Positions 1 through 12,900 of a stretch of 64,000 nt of DNA are shown here, one piece after another. A program made the position numbers and the translations under genes. Each line of letters begins with the position of its first letter. Position 1 is the stretch's first letter. The notes under the pieces are model-generated. The model saw only the letters and a list, made by a program, of their open reading frames with translations. It was not told the DNA's origin and made no database searches. Source of the DNA: Monocercomonoides exilis PA203 (lineage: Eukaryota > Protista > Preaxostyla); assembly GCA_001643675.2 (NCBI GenBank), contig LSRY02000004.1, forward strand, positions 2,239,459 through 2,303,458, in the 5' to 3' direction.

Positions 1-116
1 TTAATTTGAAATATTGAACACTGAATTTATTATTGTGAAAGAATGCTTAAGATTAGAACTGTTAAGATTTTCTTTTTTGAAAAAGAAAAATTGAACCATA
101 AGTACTTATTTTTGTA

Positions 117-2320
117 ATGGTAAGTGAATATCTATTTTCATTTTTCTTGATATTTGGTCTTTTTTATTAACTTTTGATGAAAATCAAAGACTACAATACA
201 TCCACTTTTCCCGCCACAACTATGGAAGCACTTTGAAATGTTGCTAAAAACTCCAAGAGGATCTGGAAATACAAAGGAGATCGCAGAGAAAGTATTCCAA
301 TTTGGAAATTCTCTTAAATATGAAACAATAAGAGATGAAGTTGGAAATGTTTTAATACGAAAGCCAGCATCAGCTGGAAAGGAGGACTCTCCATATGTCT
401 GCCTTCAATGCCATCTTGATATGGTATGATTTTTTGTTATAATTATGATATTTGTTTTTGCAAATCTTTTTTTAATCCAACGAATTATATTATTTAGGTA
501 TGCGAAAAGAGTCCAAAAGTTGATTTAGATATGACAAAGTGCGAAATTACTCCAGTTGTTGTTGAAGATGGTGAGTTTGGACCAAAGTTGATGGCAAAGG
601 ATACAACGCTTGGTGCAGACGACGGGATTGGTGTTGCAACAGTTCTTGCAATTTTGGAAGACAAGGATCTTATTCATGGCCCATTGGAATGCTTGTTTAC
701 AATTGATGAAGTTTGAATCATTGTTGTTACACTTTTTTAACAATTTTTTAATCATACGTATGTTGACATCAAAATATAAAAGGAAGTTGGAATGGTTGGA
801 GCTCGCGGGATTAAACCAGGATTTTTAAAGGCATATTTTTTTTTCTCGAAAATTATGAAGCTTTTATTTTTTTTTTGAAAAATTTATCAATACCAACAGA
901 GTAACTTACTTGTTAATCTCGACTCAGAAGAAGACTGGAGAATTACAGTTGGTTGTGCTGGAGGATTTAACGTGGATCATACTCTTCCAATTGAAGTTGA
1001 AAAAGATGTGAATTCTTTAGAAGGATGCGAAGGTTTGAAGAAAAATATAATTGTGAAAAAAGCAAGAACTCTAATGAAATTTATTCCTTTTCGATGAAAA
1101 ATTCCTCAAAGCAATCCATGTTTCTATATCCGATTGCATGAGCGGTCACAGCGGGTGCGAGATACACTTGGGAAGACTAAATCCGATTATTGCACTTGGA
1201 CGATTGCTCAGACGTGTTGAAAAAAATGGAGTGGAATTGCGTCTTGCTATGATTGCTGGAGGAACAAAGCGAAATGTTATTCCGGCTGATTCGAAAGCCA
1301 TAATTATTGTTAAGAAGGAAGAAAACGAAAAAGTTCTGGACATCATGGAAGTTGAATGGAATGGTTTGTGATCATTTGAAAAAAGAAAAAAAAAACATAA
1401 TATCATTTATGGAACACGAATGATTTTGTAAAAGACGGATAACTTTTTTGCACCAAAGCATTTTTATTGAATATTTAAACATCCACAATTATTCTTTCTG
1501 CTTCTTAACCAAACTGATGTTTCCTCTCTGTTATTTTAGCCATTCGCGAGGAATGCGAAGCGATTGAGCCGAATGTTAAGATGGAGGCGATTGTTGTCTC
1601 AATGCCAAGTGATCCATCTGCTGTGCTGACAAAGGAATCATCACACAAACTGCTGTCTGCTGTCATCACATCTCCACACGGAGTGTTGAGGTTCGAATAC
1701 AAACAAATGAAAGAAACGGAAACTTTTTATTGATAATAACTTTTTTGATTCAATCACAATTTCTTTTTTTATAATGATATAATTTTTATTTTTTATTTCT
1801 TTTGATGCTTCAAAGAATGTCACCTGTTGTCCCTGGACTTGTTGAGTCGTCCATCAACTTCTTTTCGGTGCGTCTCAATCCAGAGTCATCCACCGCTGCA
1901 TCTTCAGAAGCCTCATCGTCTTCTGCAGCGTCCTCCTCAATCGTGCTCTCCTTCTTCGCCCGCTCCTCCAGCGATTCTCAGCTCGACCTCATTTGGGAGC
2001 AGCTTTTGGCGCGGTGCGAGCTCCTCGGGATGACAAGCGGGCCGCAGCAGAACTTCTACCACGGCTGGCAGCCAGACACATCCACGTCGCTCTTCAAGGC
2101 GACCGACAAGGCATTCCGCGAGGCACACGGAAAGGAGCCGGAGATTTATGCTGTCCACGCTGGGCTGGAATGCGGCATCCTCAGCGGAGCACTCGAGGGC
2201 CTCAAGTGCATCTCGCTGGGACCTTATGTCACATCTCCACATACCACACAGGAAAGCTTACATCTTAAATCAATCAAGCCTTTCTACGATACAGTGAAGA
2301 ACCTTCTGAAAGAACTCTAA
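117..2320 (+). CDS. pepD: Aminoacyl-histidine (Xaa-His) dipeptidase, M20C/PepD family, multi-exon
   Basis: Splicing ATG(117-119)|GTAAGT...AG|190 gives MTTIHPLFPPQLWKHFEMLLKTPRGSGNT. Motifs across exons: LQCHLDMV, TTLGADDGIG, FTIDEEVGMVGA, NLDSEED..TVGCAGG, GHSGCEIHLGRLN, GGTKRNVIP, HAGLECG, SLGP..TSPHT..ESL. Stop TAA at 2318-2320. Confidence 0.92.
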
Positions 2321-2668
2321 ACCATTGCTTCGAATGAGTCATACCAATTATTAATTGTTTAATGCAATTGCAGACAGCTTCAACATGAAAGAGGAAAATT
2401 TTATTTGAAAACATTTTATCAACAAATTTATTTGTAGTCTTTTTCTTATTAATTTTCAACAAGATTAATTGCTTCTTTTTATTATCTTCATTGACCTTCC
2501 TCAACACTGAAAAATGAAAACATTCATTAAATTATTTTAATACATCTTCAATATGATACACATTTTTCCTTTCTATTCAAATCAATTAAAGAAAACAAAT
2601 TTCGATAACTTGAAAATAAAAAATTAAAATTTCGATCAAACCAGTATCTGAAACATAATAACCGCTTT

Positions 2669-3164
2669 ATGAGCTCATCTTTTTCTGAAACAAGTAGTTC
2701 AACTTTAGAAGAAGAAAAAGAAAAAACCAGGCAACAAGCTCAAAAATTGTCATATTACCTTTGGAATAGAGTGCGCCATTTGCTTTTTTTAAATTGTTTC
2801 ATGAAAAGAATTGTTTATGAAATCAACAGCTAAATCCAGGATATGTTGATGATACGAGTACTTGGACAACAACAACAAAAGAAGAATTTGGAAGAGATAA
2901 ATTTGAAAAGATGGATGATCCAGACACATTGAACAGATCATTTCACAAGAAACAGGATGAGCATACGGTTTGAGTTTTCAGAATTACACAACCCGCACAC
3001 ATTTTATTTTGCTATTGTTTCTTTATGATATTTGCTATATTAAAGAGATACATGGAAGCTTCGGTGTGTTGTTTTTATCGTAATTTATTTAATAATTTGC
3101 ATATTTTCAGGCAAGACAACATAACATGACTCTTATAAAACCAACAGGAACACCACAGCAATAA
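2669..3164 (+). CDS. Small 4-exon hypothetical protein (~103 aa), not in the ORF track
   Basis: Exons 2669-2770, 2830-2967, 3046-3063 and 3111-3164 join through GT-AG, all phase-0 introns into an open frame: MSSSFSET...YYLWNR/LNPGYVDDTSTWTTTTKEEFG...FHKKQDEHT/RYMEAS/ARQHNM...TPQQ*. Confidence 0.75.
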
Positions 3165-3456
3165 CTTTTGTATTTTGATATATTTTTGTTTTGCTATAAC
3201 CCCTCCTGCATTTCATATCCTTTCATCACCATCTTTAACTAGTTTATTTTCTTTGCTCAGCTTTCAAATGATGAACACTTTATCGCGTTTTTTGATCTTG
3301 TCATAAATACAAGATAATTCCATTTCAAAAACTTTTTTGTGTGAAATTAGAATAGTGTTCTTTTGAACAAAAATACTGTATTTTTTTATTGTAAAGAAGT
3401 GTTTCATTTTGAAAAATAACATAGTTATAAATTACATAAAGGTTTGCCAAAGGTGC

Positions 3457-5573
3457 CTACTCATCGTCTTCTGAAGCAATAACCGTTCTTGTTCCAGCAC
3501 CCTTTGCTGCTTTGTGCGACTTACCTTCTTCATCTTCATCTTCATCACCCATATTATTTCTACGATTTCCTCTGCCTCTGCCTCTTCCTCTACCTCCTCT
3601 ACCTCTTCCCCTTCCAAATCTTCCTTTTCCTGCCTTTTGCTGCTCTTCTTTTCTCTCCATTGCCTTTAATCTCCTGTCCACAATGTTTTCCCACTCTTTT
3701 TTCTCTTCTTCTCCATCCAATATTTTAACTATTGGTGCTGATCCATTAAGGGTATGCACTGGTGTTTCAGCAGCAGCTGATTCCTGAAGAGCTTGGTTTG
3801 CTTGTTGGCAGCCTTCTGGTGTGCGATATCTTGCCAGTCTAAATTATTAGTTGAGATAGCAGTTATCCATAAATAAAAAAAAAAAAAATCATAAAATAAC
3901 ACCAAAAACATTAATTCAAATGAATGTTAATGAATAAAAAGAATAAAAAGGGAAAGAACAACATAATAAGGATGCATATATTATTTGAGAGACAGGGAAA
4001 ACAGGTTTCATTTATTATAAAACGCATTTGAATATCTCCCAATTTTAACAATTACTATTTCCATTTGATACACCACCAGACACATGAACATTTAACCTGG
4101 GGAGAATAATATGGAATATTTTCTTCAAAAATGAACGAAAGAATTTTCATCCAAATCTTTCTTTCAATTCGTTCATAAACGATCAACGACTTTCCGTCTC
4201 TTTCTCTCTCATTTTTATTTATTCATTCATTCATTCGTAAAACTTATTTTATTTCTTTAAAAGCCTTTATGAAACAAACCCGACAAAAGAATCTTCTTTT
4301 TCGTCGAAATCAACACGAGCAATTTCTCCAAAATGCCCAAAGAAATCCTTCAGTGCGATGAGTGAAAGCGATGATGTTGGAGAATTGAAGATAAACGAAA
4401 GAAGAATTCCCTTTTGGTAATCTGAATAAAAGTTTCATATCATTCAAAGAGGGCAAAAATATGAAATAAAATATCGTGAATTCAATCAAAAAATTCATTA
4501 AAACAATCAAAAAATAAAAGTTCATTTTTTTTTATTTATTAATTTCATATTTTATTTTTGTTCACCGATGATTTTCATACTTTCTCTATCATTCTCAATT
4601 TCCTTTCTTCGTTTCTCTCTTTCTTCAGCTTCCGCCTTTTGTCGTTCTTCCTTAAGCCTGCGTTTTTCATTTACGTGTCTGACTGGTTCTCCTTCTACTT
4701 TGCGAAATTGCTCTCTTGAATTTTTCAAAAAAAAAAAAAAGATTATGATTTCAAAAATTTTTACGCATAAAAGTTTAATATTATGATAACAAACATTGTC
4801 ATTCTTTCTAACGTTGATTCTCCGTACACTGGAACTGGATCAAGTGAAGCAAATTTGTCGCATTCATCTTTTACTTTAAAAACAACAAAAGCACTTCCCT
4901 ATCATTATACAAACATAAAATCAAATTTATATCGTTAAAAAATGAAAATGTTAATGTTAATATCATATGATTAAAATTTATGTAACATACAGTAAATTCT
5001 TTGCTTTGCAAATCTCTTCGCATGCGGATAGCTCCTATTTGTCCATATTTCTCGAAAAATTGAATTAATTCTTCTAAAGTTGCTTCCTTTGGCAATCCTT
5101 TCTAAAACAGAAATTTCATTATAAAATAAAAACTAATCACCAAAAAACAAACTATGTAAAGGGTGCGATTGTCAAGTTCTTCTTGAGATGGAGCACTTGT
5201 CTTCCTTCGAACCTTAGTTTTATCTTCTGATAGAACAAGAAGTTCAGAATCAGAGATCGCATCTGCAATCACAGGCACATCCTTACTCAATGCAGCGAGC
5301 TTTTTAAATGTTGTAAGGACAGAAATATCGATCCCTAAAGGAAAAGTCATGTTCATAAATACAGATCAAAACAATATTTGCCATACATCCTTCGGGAGTT
5401 TTTTTGCATTCTGCTTGAAGAAATTTGTCTCTCGGTAAGTTTTCATCACTGAAATAGAATTCTATAAATTTAAAAAGAGAGAAAGAAAATGCAAAATAAC
5501 TTAAAAAATAAATTACCGCACCAATCTGCTTCTTGATTGCAATTTTTGTTTCTGGTGATATTTCTTCACTCAT
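3457..5573 (-). CDS. La/SSB-type RNA-binding protein (La motif, RRM1, C-terminal RRM2/xRRM, RGG/basic tail), multi-exon
   Basis: La motif IKKQI-EFYFSDENLPRDKFL and ISVLTTFKKL...LVLSEDKTKVRR. RRM1 RTLYI..LPKEATLEEL..FFEKYGQIGAIRMRR. The second RRM, LKDFFGHFGEIARVDFDEK...LARYRT...VKILDGEEEKKEW, spans intron 3839-4279. Tail GKGRFGRGRGRGG. Confidence 0.88.
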
Positions 5574-6069
5574 TTCTTAACAAATCAAATTAGATAGATT
5601 TCTGTGGATCTCATTTTTAATGGAGCAAACCTTTCACTTAAAATATCACTCAATTCAAGATCTGTGCTGATCTTTAACGATCGAAACCATAAGAAATATT
5701 AATCACCCAAAATGAACATTCGATTTATCAATTATTTTTTAAGCGAATTGTAACCGTGATTTATTGTTTATGTTTAAAGTTTCAATTTTCGAGAAAGCGA
5801 TGCTTTTTAACTTTGAAAAAAGATTACTGTTATTTTATGCGTTTGTGAAGATAAAAATTTATAAGTTGAAGTTCAATAATTCATGAGCTCAATAAATAAG
5901 ATGAGAAAGATAAATTGATACATTAACACTTATTGCCTTTTGCAATAAAAACAAGTTCATGTTGATTGCCTTTTCAAACAATATATATTCAATTAACAAA
6001 TTGTCCATTCTCTTTTCACAAAGTTTTGAGCTTGTAATCTTCAAATATAAACATATATATATTAATTAT

Positions 6070-6842
6070 TCACAGTCCCTTCCCAGAATCATAATATTCT
6101 TTCTTTGATGAATCATTTTCTTTAAGTTCTGGTGGAGTTTTGAACGTGGAATAGTGTTTAGAGTATGCCTTAAATGATACAGGCAAATCATCTCTCATTG
6201 TGGTCGGAAACTCTGTTGCAGAACCACCTACGAGGGAATCATGAAAAGAGCACGTATTTGAAGTCGAAGACATTTGCAAAGAAGGACTTTCATTTTCCGC
6301 TATCGAATGGCCTGATGCAATCTCTTGTTCGCACTCTAAATTCTCTTAAAAAATTATTTTTTGTAATTCAAAAAACAAAACAATTGAAAAGAATATGATA
6401 CTTTTTTGAAGATAAACAGTCAAGTTTCGAATATCGAATTTTCGAATATTGAACTCTCTTTTAAGGGTTTTGCTTTGTGTTAATTTCTAAGTATGATTTT
6501 TAAAGCAACTTATCTTTTAAGTGTTCTAAATCGTGAGAGAAACCTGATATAATGACTGTGATCTTGCTTTCAGAATAAGATGATAGATACTTCCTAAAAG
6601 TTTTTCAATTTCAGCGTTATGTTTTGAAACAACTTTTTCATCTAAAAAAACTTTTTTTATCAATCTCCAAGGAAGCACATAAGCAGCACACATTTTAAAA
6701 ACATAGACAACGCTTGAACGTTAGAGCGTAATAAAGAAATTTTCTTTTTATGCGTACGAGGCTTGTTTGATGCCTTCAAAATATCCCTAACTTGCTGATG
6801 AAGCTTATTAAGAGAAGGTGTATCAGAAGATATTGAACTCAT
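6070..6842 (-). CDS. Hypothetical 4-exon protein
   Basis: GT-AG splicing links the ORFs 6660-6842 and 6070-6279 through two internal exons into one open frame (..MFLKYEKVVSKHNAEIEKLLGSIYHLILKARSQSLYQKLTQSKTLKREFNIRKFDIRNLTVYLQKKNLECEQ..). No family recognised. Confidence 0.65.
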
Positions 6843-7231
6843 TTTTCGAAAGTATTTTGATTTACGTATAGTCGAATAAATACAAATTACTCATTGTTTG
6901 CAAAATGTTCCTGCTTTCAGCATTGCAGGAGAAAATATTGATCTTTTCTGATCATCAGCAAAAACATATTTTCTTCAACAAATTCATTTCTTATTTACAA
7001 GAAAATATTCTGAGTAACAGTCACCAAAATGGAAACTTTTTAACCATTATTAAATTATCAAAAAAGAAATACATTTGTATTTCCCGATTTTCGAGAAAAG
7101 GTTGCAATGAGGTGTTATGCACATTTTCATTTTTTTTGAGCGTGTATTATTATTAATTTCTTGGAATTCTTTTCTTTTTTAACATTTTTATTGAAAGCCT
7201 TCAATCTGCACATCATTTTTGTTCATCAGAT

Positions 7232-9441
7232 GTGCAAGATGCAGCTGAACTAATTTCGAAAGTCACAATTCAACATCAATTGAAAGAAAATTCTCAAAAT
7301 TCTCAATCTGAAACGTCTTCTTTGCTGTTTAATTATTCAAATGAGCAACAAGAAAAAATTCAATCACAAGAAAATACTGCAAATGATGCCCCACGTTCTA
7401 AGATTACAAATTCTTGCAAACTTATGAAAACAACTCCACCAGTATTTGAGATGCCATCTTCTACAAATTCATCATCACCACCTCGTCAAAGCAATTCAAA
7501 TCCTCTTGGAGGAGCTCGATCAGATGTAACTTTTTCACCAGAAACATCTGGCGATCCAATAAAATCTCTTCATTTTCTAAATCCAACTTCCAATTTTGGA
7601 CTTCCGAACATCGGCAATACTTGTTTTCTCAATAGTTGCATGCAACTACTGACATATTGCTCGCTTTTATCTTCTCACCTGATTCAATGGTTCGATGCTA
7701 AAGTATCAAAAACTCCACCAAATCCAGAGAAGTGGCAGGATAAGCGTAAAAAAATGGAGTATAACCGTCTGTTAAAATTGGCAGTTGCAGCCGTGAATGA
7801 AATGAAAGCAATACGACAAATTCCGAATACATCTCCGTCTTCTGCAACTGCATCATCATCGTCAACTCCATCGTCAACTATGCGTCGTTCTGCGATACCC
7901 ATTCGGAGGCAGGTTGATCGGTGCATTTGCGAAGAGCTTCATCTGAAATTAGGAGCTGCTAACAAGCGATTTAAAGGGTATTCTCAGCAGGACTCCCACG
8001 AAGCGATGGTAACGATATTAGATGCAATACATGAAACAACTCATATGCGGACTAGTTTCAAACAATCTGGTATGAGTTGTGAAGCTGTGCTTATGAAAGA
8101 TCAATTTGCAGAGAAGGAAATGGAAGGAAAGAAAAAAGAAAGTGAATTTAAACAATTTAGTGATCTTAAAGAAAAAGGAGATGCAAAATATGATGAAGAC
8201 GATGAAGACGATGGTGAAGATTCAGATGCTGAAGACAAATACAATCAATTAGATGCATTTGAGATATCTCCTTCATCTACTCCTTCACTCTCCTCTTCTC
8301 AGCTTGTTTTTGCTCGTGCCTGGCAGCAGTTCCTGTCTCAGCACCAATCTCTTGTGGCTGATGCTGCAATGGGCCTTGCCGCAACTGCCGTGCGATGTGG
8401 CGAGTGCGAACAGATTCGCTTCTCGTTTATGCCTTTCACTGTGCTGACTCTGAACTTCCCTCGCAAAAAAGGCGAGCGCTCTTTCTCGTTGGCTCAATGT
8501 ATTAAAGTGTGACGCATTTATAAGCATTAATTTCATTCAAGAAATTATATAATTCTAATGATTTTTTTATCAACTTTTATTTCATATATGCCATTGAACT
8601 TATTGAATAACGCAGAATTTCTACACAGTTCGTTCAGTTAAAGCTGTTCAATGTGGTTTTTGTAAAAAGGCAACATCTTCTCGTCATTGCCTTCTTGTTG
8701 CTCGATGGCCTTCTGTGCTTCTTCTGCGTATGTTCTGTTTATTCATATTTTTGAATTACAACTACTTGTTTTTCTCTCATTCAATTTTATACTGTTTTTT
8801 TTTCAAACTTCAATTGAACTTGCCTTGTGCAATTATTGTTCACTGCTTCATTGCCATCTCATTGCTACTTATGCTTTTTCCCCAAAAGATTTCAATCGTT
8901 TTATTCCTTCCACGTATGGCTTTAGAAAAGATTCTATTCCTGTGTCTATCCCAAGAATTCTTAATCTTTCAGAGATGGGTCTTTCATTTGAAGATCACGA
9001 ATTTAGCACTCTTGTCTCGTTTCCTTTGCCTTCAGTGAATTATCAGCTTGTGGGAGTTGTAAATCATTGCGGATCAATTTCTGGTGGGCATTACACATGG
9101 TATGACGATGCAGCAAAGTTTAATTAACGTAGAATGAGAAAATCCAAAAGAAAAACATCAATAACGATGATGATTGTATTTACGATTTTATTCATTCATT
9201 TTATTTTATTTTATTTTTATTGGATGAAAAGAACAGTATAAAGAAATTTACAAAGAATTTTTTGATTTTCCATTGGTCTTATTTTATTTATGCATTTTAA
9301 TTATTATCATATCTCAGCACTGCACAAACAGATGATGGAAAGTGGCGCAACCACAGCGATACGCATACGTCGAGTGTGTCTCCTCCCACTTGCTCGGGTG
9401 ATTATTATATTGTTGGTTATACACAAAGTCCAGCAGGATGA
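7232..9441 (+). CDS. Ubiquitin-specific protease (USP, peptidase C19), multi-exon; true start probably in an upstream exon
   Basis: Cys box GLPNIGNTCFLNSCMQLL, QQDSHE motif, finger CGEC...CGFC, His box YQLVGVVNHCGSISGGHYT, and a last exon CTAQTDDGKWRNHSD...GYTQSPAG* (TGA 9439-9441). Confidence 0.9.
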
Positions 9442-9915
9442 ACAAAATATAGTTTTTAAATATTTTTGTTGAATTTTTGTTATCCTTTTATTGGATGAAT
9501 GTTTGCCTTTTCTTTTCTTTTTCATTTGAATAATTGAATAATTCCAACATTAAGGATTTCCTAATTTTTATGTACTAAAAGAGAAAACATGAACGGTTAA
9601 TTTTTGAGATAAGGCTTTAAAAGAAATATTTCATTAATCTAAAAAAAAGTCTTTTCTGATTTTCATTTTGATAATGCTCTTTCAAGAAAAAATTGGAAAA
9701 TAATAATTGAAAATAAATGTGAATATTCGAAACATTTTTTTTTCATGAGTGAAATACATTTAATCTTTCTTTTAATGTAAACTTGCTGAGAAAAAATTCA
9801 AAGATCGCAAATACCTTCATTACGTGCTTTATTGTGATCAGTAAAGTTTTGTTTGATTGTTTAAAGTCGATTGTTATATTTATTAACAAAATTGAAAGAT
9901 AAAAGTGCCACATAA

Positions 9916-12900
9916 ATGGGTCCTCAGCATAGTCATAATGTGAATGCTGAAACTATGAACTATGCCGATTACAAATTTCTTGAAATACCAAAGCCTCTTA
10001 TTACCCAAAAACATCCGAATCTAGTTTCTCTTTCGCTATCAGGAAATCTCCTTACAACTGTACCTCCTATAAGAGCATTATTTCCAAAATTGAGGGTTCT
10101 ACTTTTGGGGAAAAACCAAATGCAATCTTTGCCAAGTTCACTTTCAGGGATGGATACTCTAACCAAGCTTGTATGAGATATTTTAAGAATCATTTGAATG
10201 AAAAAAACTCAATTTGTAAAATTTTGAAAAATTTATTTTTTTTGAAATGTTTTTAATCTTTGCTTTAATACAGGATTTGACTTCAAATGTGATTGATACA
10301 ATTCCTCATGTAGTTTTGTCAAATCTAGCTGATCTCATTTTAACCGATAATAAGATTACAACATTAAAGCACGATTTGGGAATTTTATTTCCTAATCTGC
10401 ACAACATTTGGATAAATAGAAATAAGTATAGATAAATGGCTTTTGAAAATTGAAATTAATTCTAACTTGAAACACATTTTTATGAAAACACATTTGAAAC
10501 TTTGCAATATTTTAAGGTTGACAACGCTCCCCGCGATTGCGCATCCAAAATTAGTGCAGATGGGAATTGATGGAAATCTTCTTAAAAGCCTGAAATCTCC
10601 AATGGATTGTGCTTCTCTGATTTCCCTAACTTTGTATTTGAATGAACTGGAAGGGAAATTTTCATTTCCTCATCCATCTTCTTTGCCATCACTTCAAACA
10701 TTGGATCTCCGATTCAATCACATAAGGTCAATTGATCCTGAGGTATTAGATTTGTTTTGGAAACTCAAAGATAATATTGTGCTTTCTTGTTTCGATATAA
10801 CAACTTTTCTTTTCCTCAAAACTTAATATTTGCTTGTTTGTTTTTTATATCAGACGCTTTCTGTCTTTCCGAAGCTGAATCAACTTCTTCTGACACACAA
10901 CGAATTGGAGATGATTCCAATGCAGCTGTGTCAACATCTGCCTCATCTGCGGCTGTTGTGGGTGGGAGAAAACAAGATCACTCAGCTGCCTTCTTCGCTT
11001 GAGCAACAAACAGTTCGATTTTTTTTTTTGGTTGAAGAATCAAAGATGTTTTTATTGATTTAATTGCTTTTTTCTATTTTGACTCATTTTCATTCATTTT
11101 TGTAAAGTCACTGGCTTCCCTTTTTGCCTCGTCAAATTTCATTCAGTGGTGCCCTCCTCTTCATTACCCTCATCACTTTCGGAATGCTTCTTCTTCCTCT
11201 TCTTCTTCCTCATCGTCATCATCGTCATCATCTTCTTCAGCCATTTCGACTGTGCTTCGAATAAACCTGTCAGACAACTACCTTTCCCTCTCTCCTCCAC
11301 TCGGCTCAATCACTCTGCTGTTTGCGTGTGACAGAAACAGACTGACTGAATTGGGACGTATGTTTTATTTAACCTTCTTTTCTTTGGTTTTTATTTTATT
11401 TTATTTTATTTTGTTTTGTTTATTGGAATCTTTAATACGTTCATTCAAATATCATTTTGTTATACCCCATCCATTTCCATTGAATATGATATCTTCATGT
11501 GTATTCTTTATGATATTCTTCTTCTTCTTTAACTTCAGCGATCCAACTGCCATCGAGATTGAATGCTCTTCATCTGCGCTTCAACCAGCTCTGTCGCATT
11601 CCATTTGTCATTTCAGAGCTGACACAGTTGAATGTGCTGTTGCTGAGTGGAAACAGAATAGAAAGAATTGACGATGAAATGGACGAGGCAATGGAAGAGG
11701 AAAAGGCAAAAGAAGAAGAAGAAGAAGAAGGAGAGGAAAATGAGAAGGGAGAAGGAAGCAACAAATGTTGTGAAGATGAAAAGAAGGATGAAAAGAAAGA
11801 TGAAGTTAAAGGAGAAGATAAAGATAAAGATAAAGAAAAAGAGGAAGGAATCAAAGTTGAACAAAAAGATGCAAAAGAAGAGGAAAAAGAAGGCACAAAA
11901 GATGATAACAAGAAAGAGCCAGAAGTTACTTCTAAACAATCATTGAATGCGTCATCAGCATCATCATCTGCTTCTTCTTCTTCTTCATCTTCTTCAGACG
12001 AGACTGTTGAGATGTCATCAGAATCCTCTCCATCTCCTTCTCCTTCCCCTCAGAACACTCAAACAATACCCTCTTCCTTCTTCTCCTTCTCGTTTGCCAA
12101 GCTTTCCTATCTGAAAGTGCTCGATCTCTCCTTCAACCGCCTTCATCGTCTCCCTTCCTCTCTCCGCTGTCTCAATCAGCTGCAGCGTCTCTCTCTCGCC
12201 TTCAACACCCTCACCACACTGCCCTTTTGGCTCTTTCTCTTACCTTCACTCAACTGCCTCGTGCTCTCTGGCAACAGAATAGAAGCACTCCCTTCTTATG
12301 AAGAGATCAAAGAATGTGCTGAGAGAGAAAAGGCACTCAACAAGAAGAAGAAGAAGAAAGAGAAGAAGAAGAAGAAGTTGAAGTCCAAATTGGAGAAGAA
12401 AGAAAAAGAAGCAGAAAAAAAGATGAAATCTCAGCCAGACAAAACAGAAGGGGCATCTCCAACAGAATCATCATCATCACCTTCTTCTTCTTCTTCCTCT
12501 CCTTCTCCTTCTCCTTCTTCATCCAGTTCAGCTGATTCTCATTCATCTTCTCTTCCATCTGATCCACTTTCATCCACAACTGTTGTTTCATCATTGGACA
12601 CATCATCACCTCAACCTCCATCCAAACAGACTCTTCCCCCGCCTCCACCACCTCCTCCCCCTCCTCCTCATTCAAAGACCTCTCTTTCTTCTTCCTCCCC
12701 TTCCTCTTCTCTTCCTCCCAATCCTCCATTCCTCACTGCTTTATCCACCAACCCTTCCATCACTTTGTCTCCTCTTGTCACGTTGACCCTCAACTCCAAT
12801 GCTCTTTCTGAGTTTCCCTCTCTCATCTTCAACTTCGCTGCCACACTCCAATCGCTTCGGCTGGCACACAATCGCATTTCTCTTCTTCCGCCTTGTCTGT

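Noticed and set aside
3457-5573. La protein as a telomerase p65/LARP7 subunit because it lies near a telomere
   Set aside because: The architecture and basic/Gly tail fit genuine La, and genomic position is not evidence of function.
6400-6842. Histone-fold (H3/CENP-like) resemblance (QQVRDI, SNVQAL, NIRKFDI)
   Set aside because: After correct splicing the spacing between these segments is too long for a canonical fold, so the gene is left as hypothetical.
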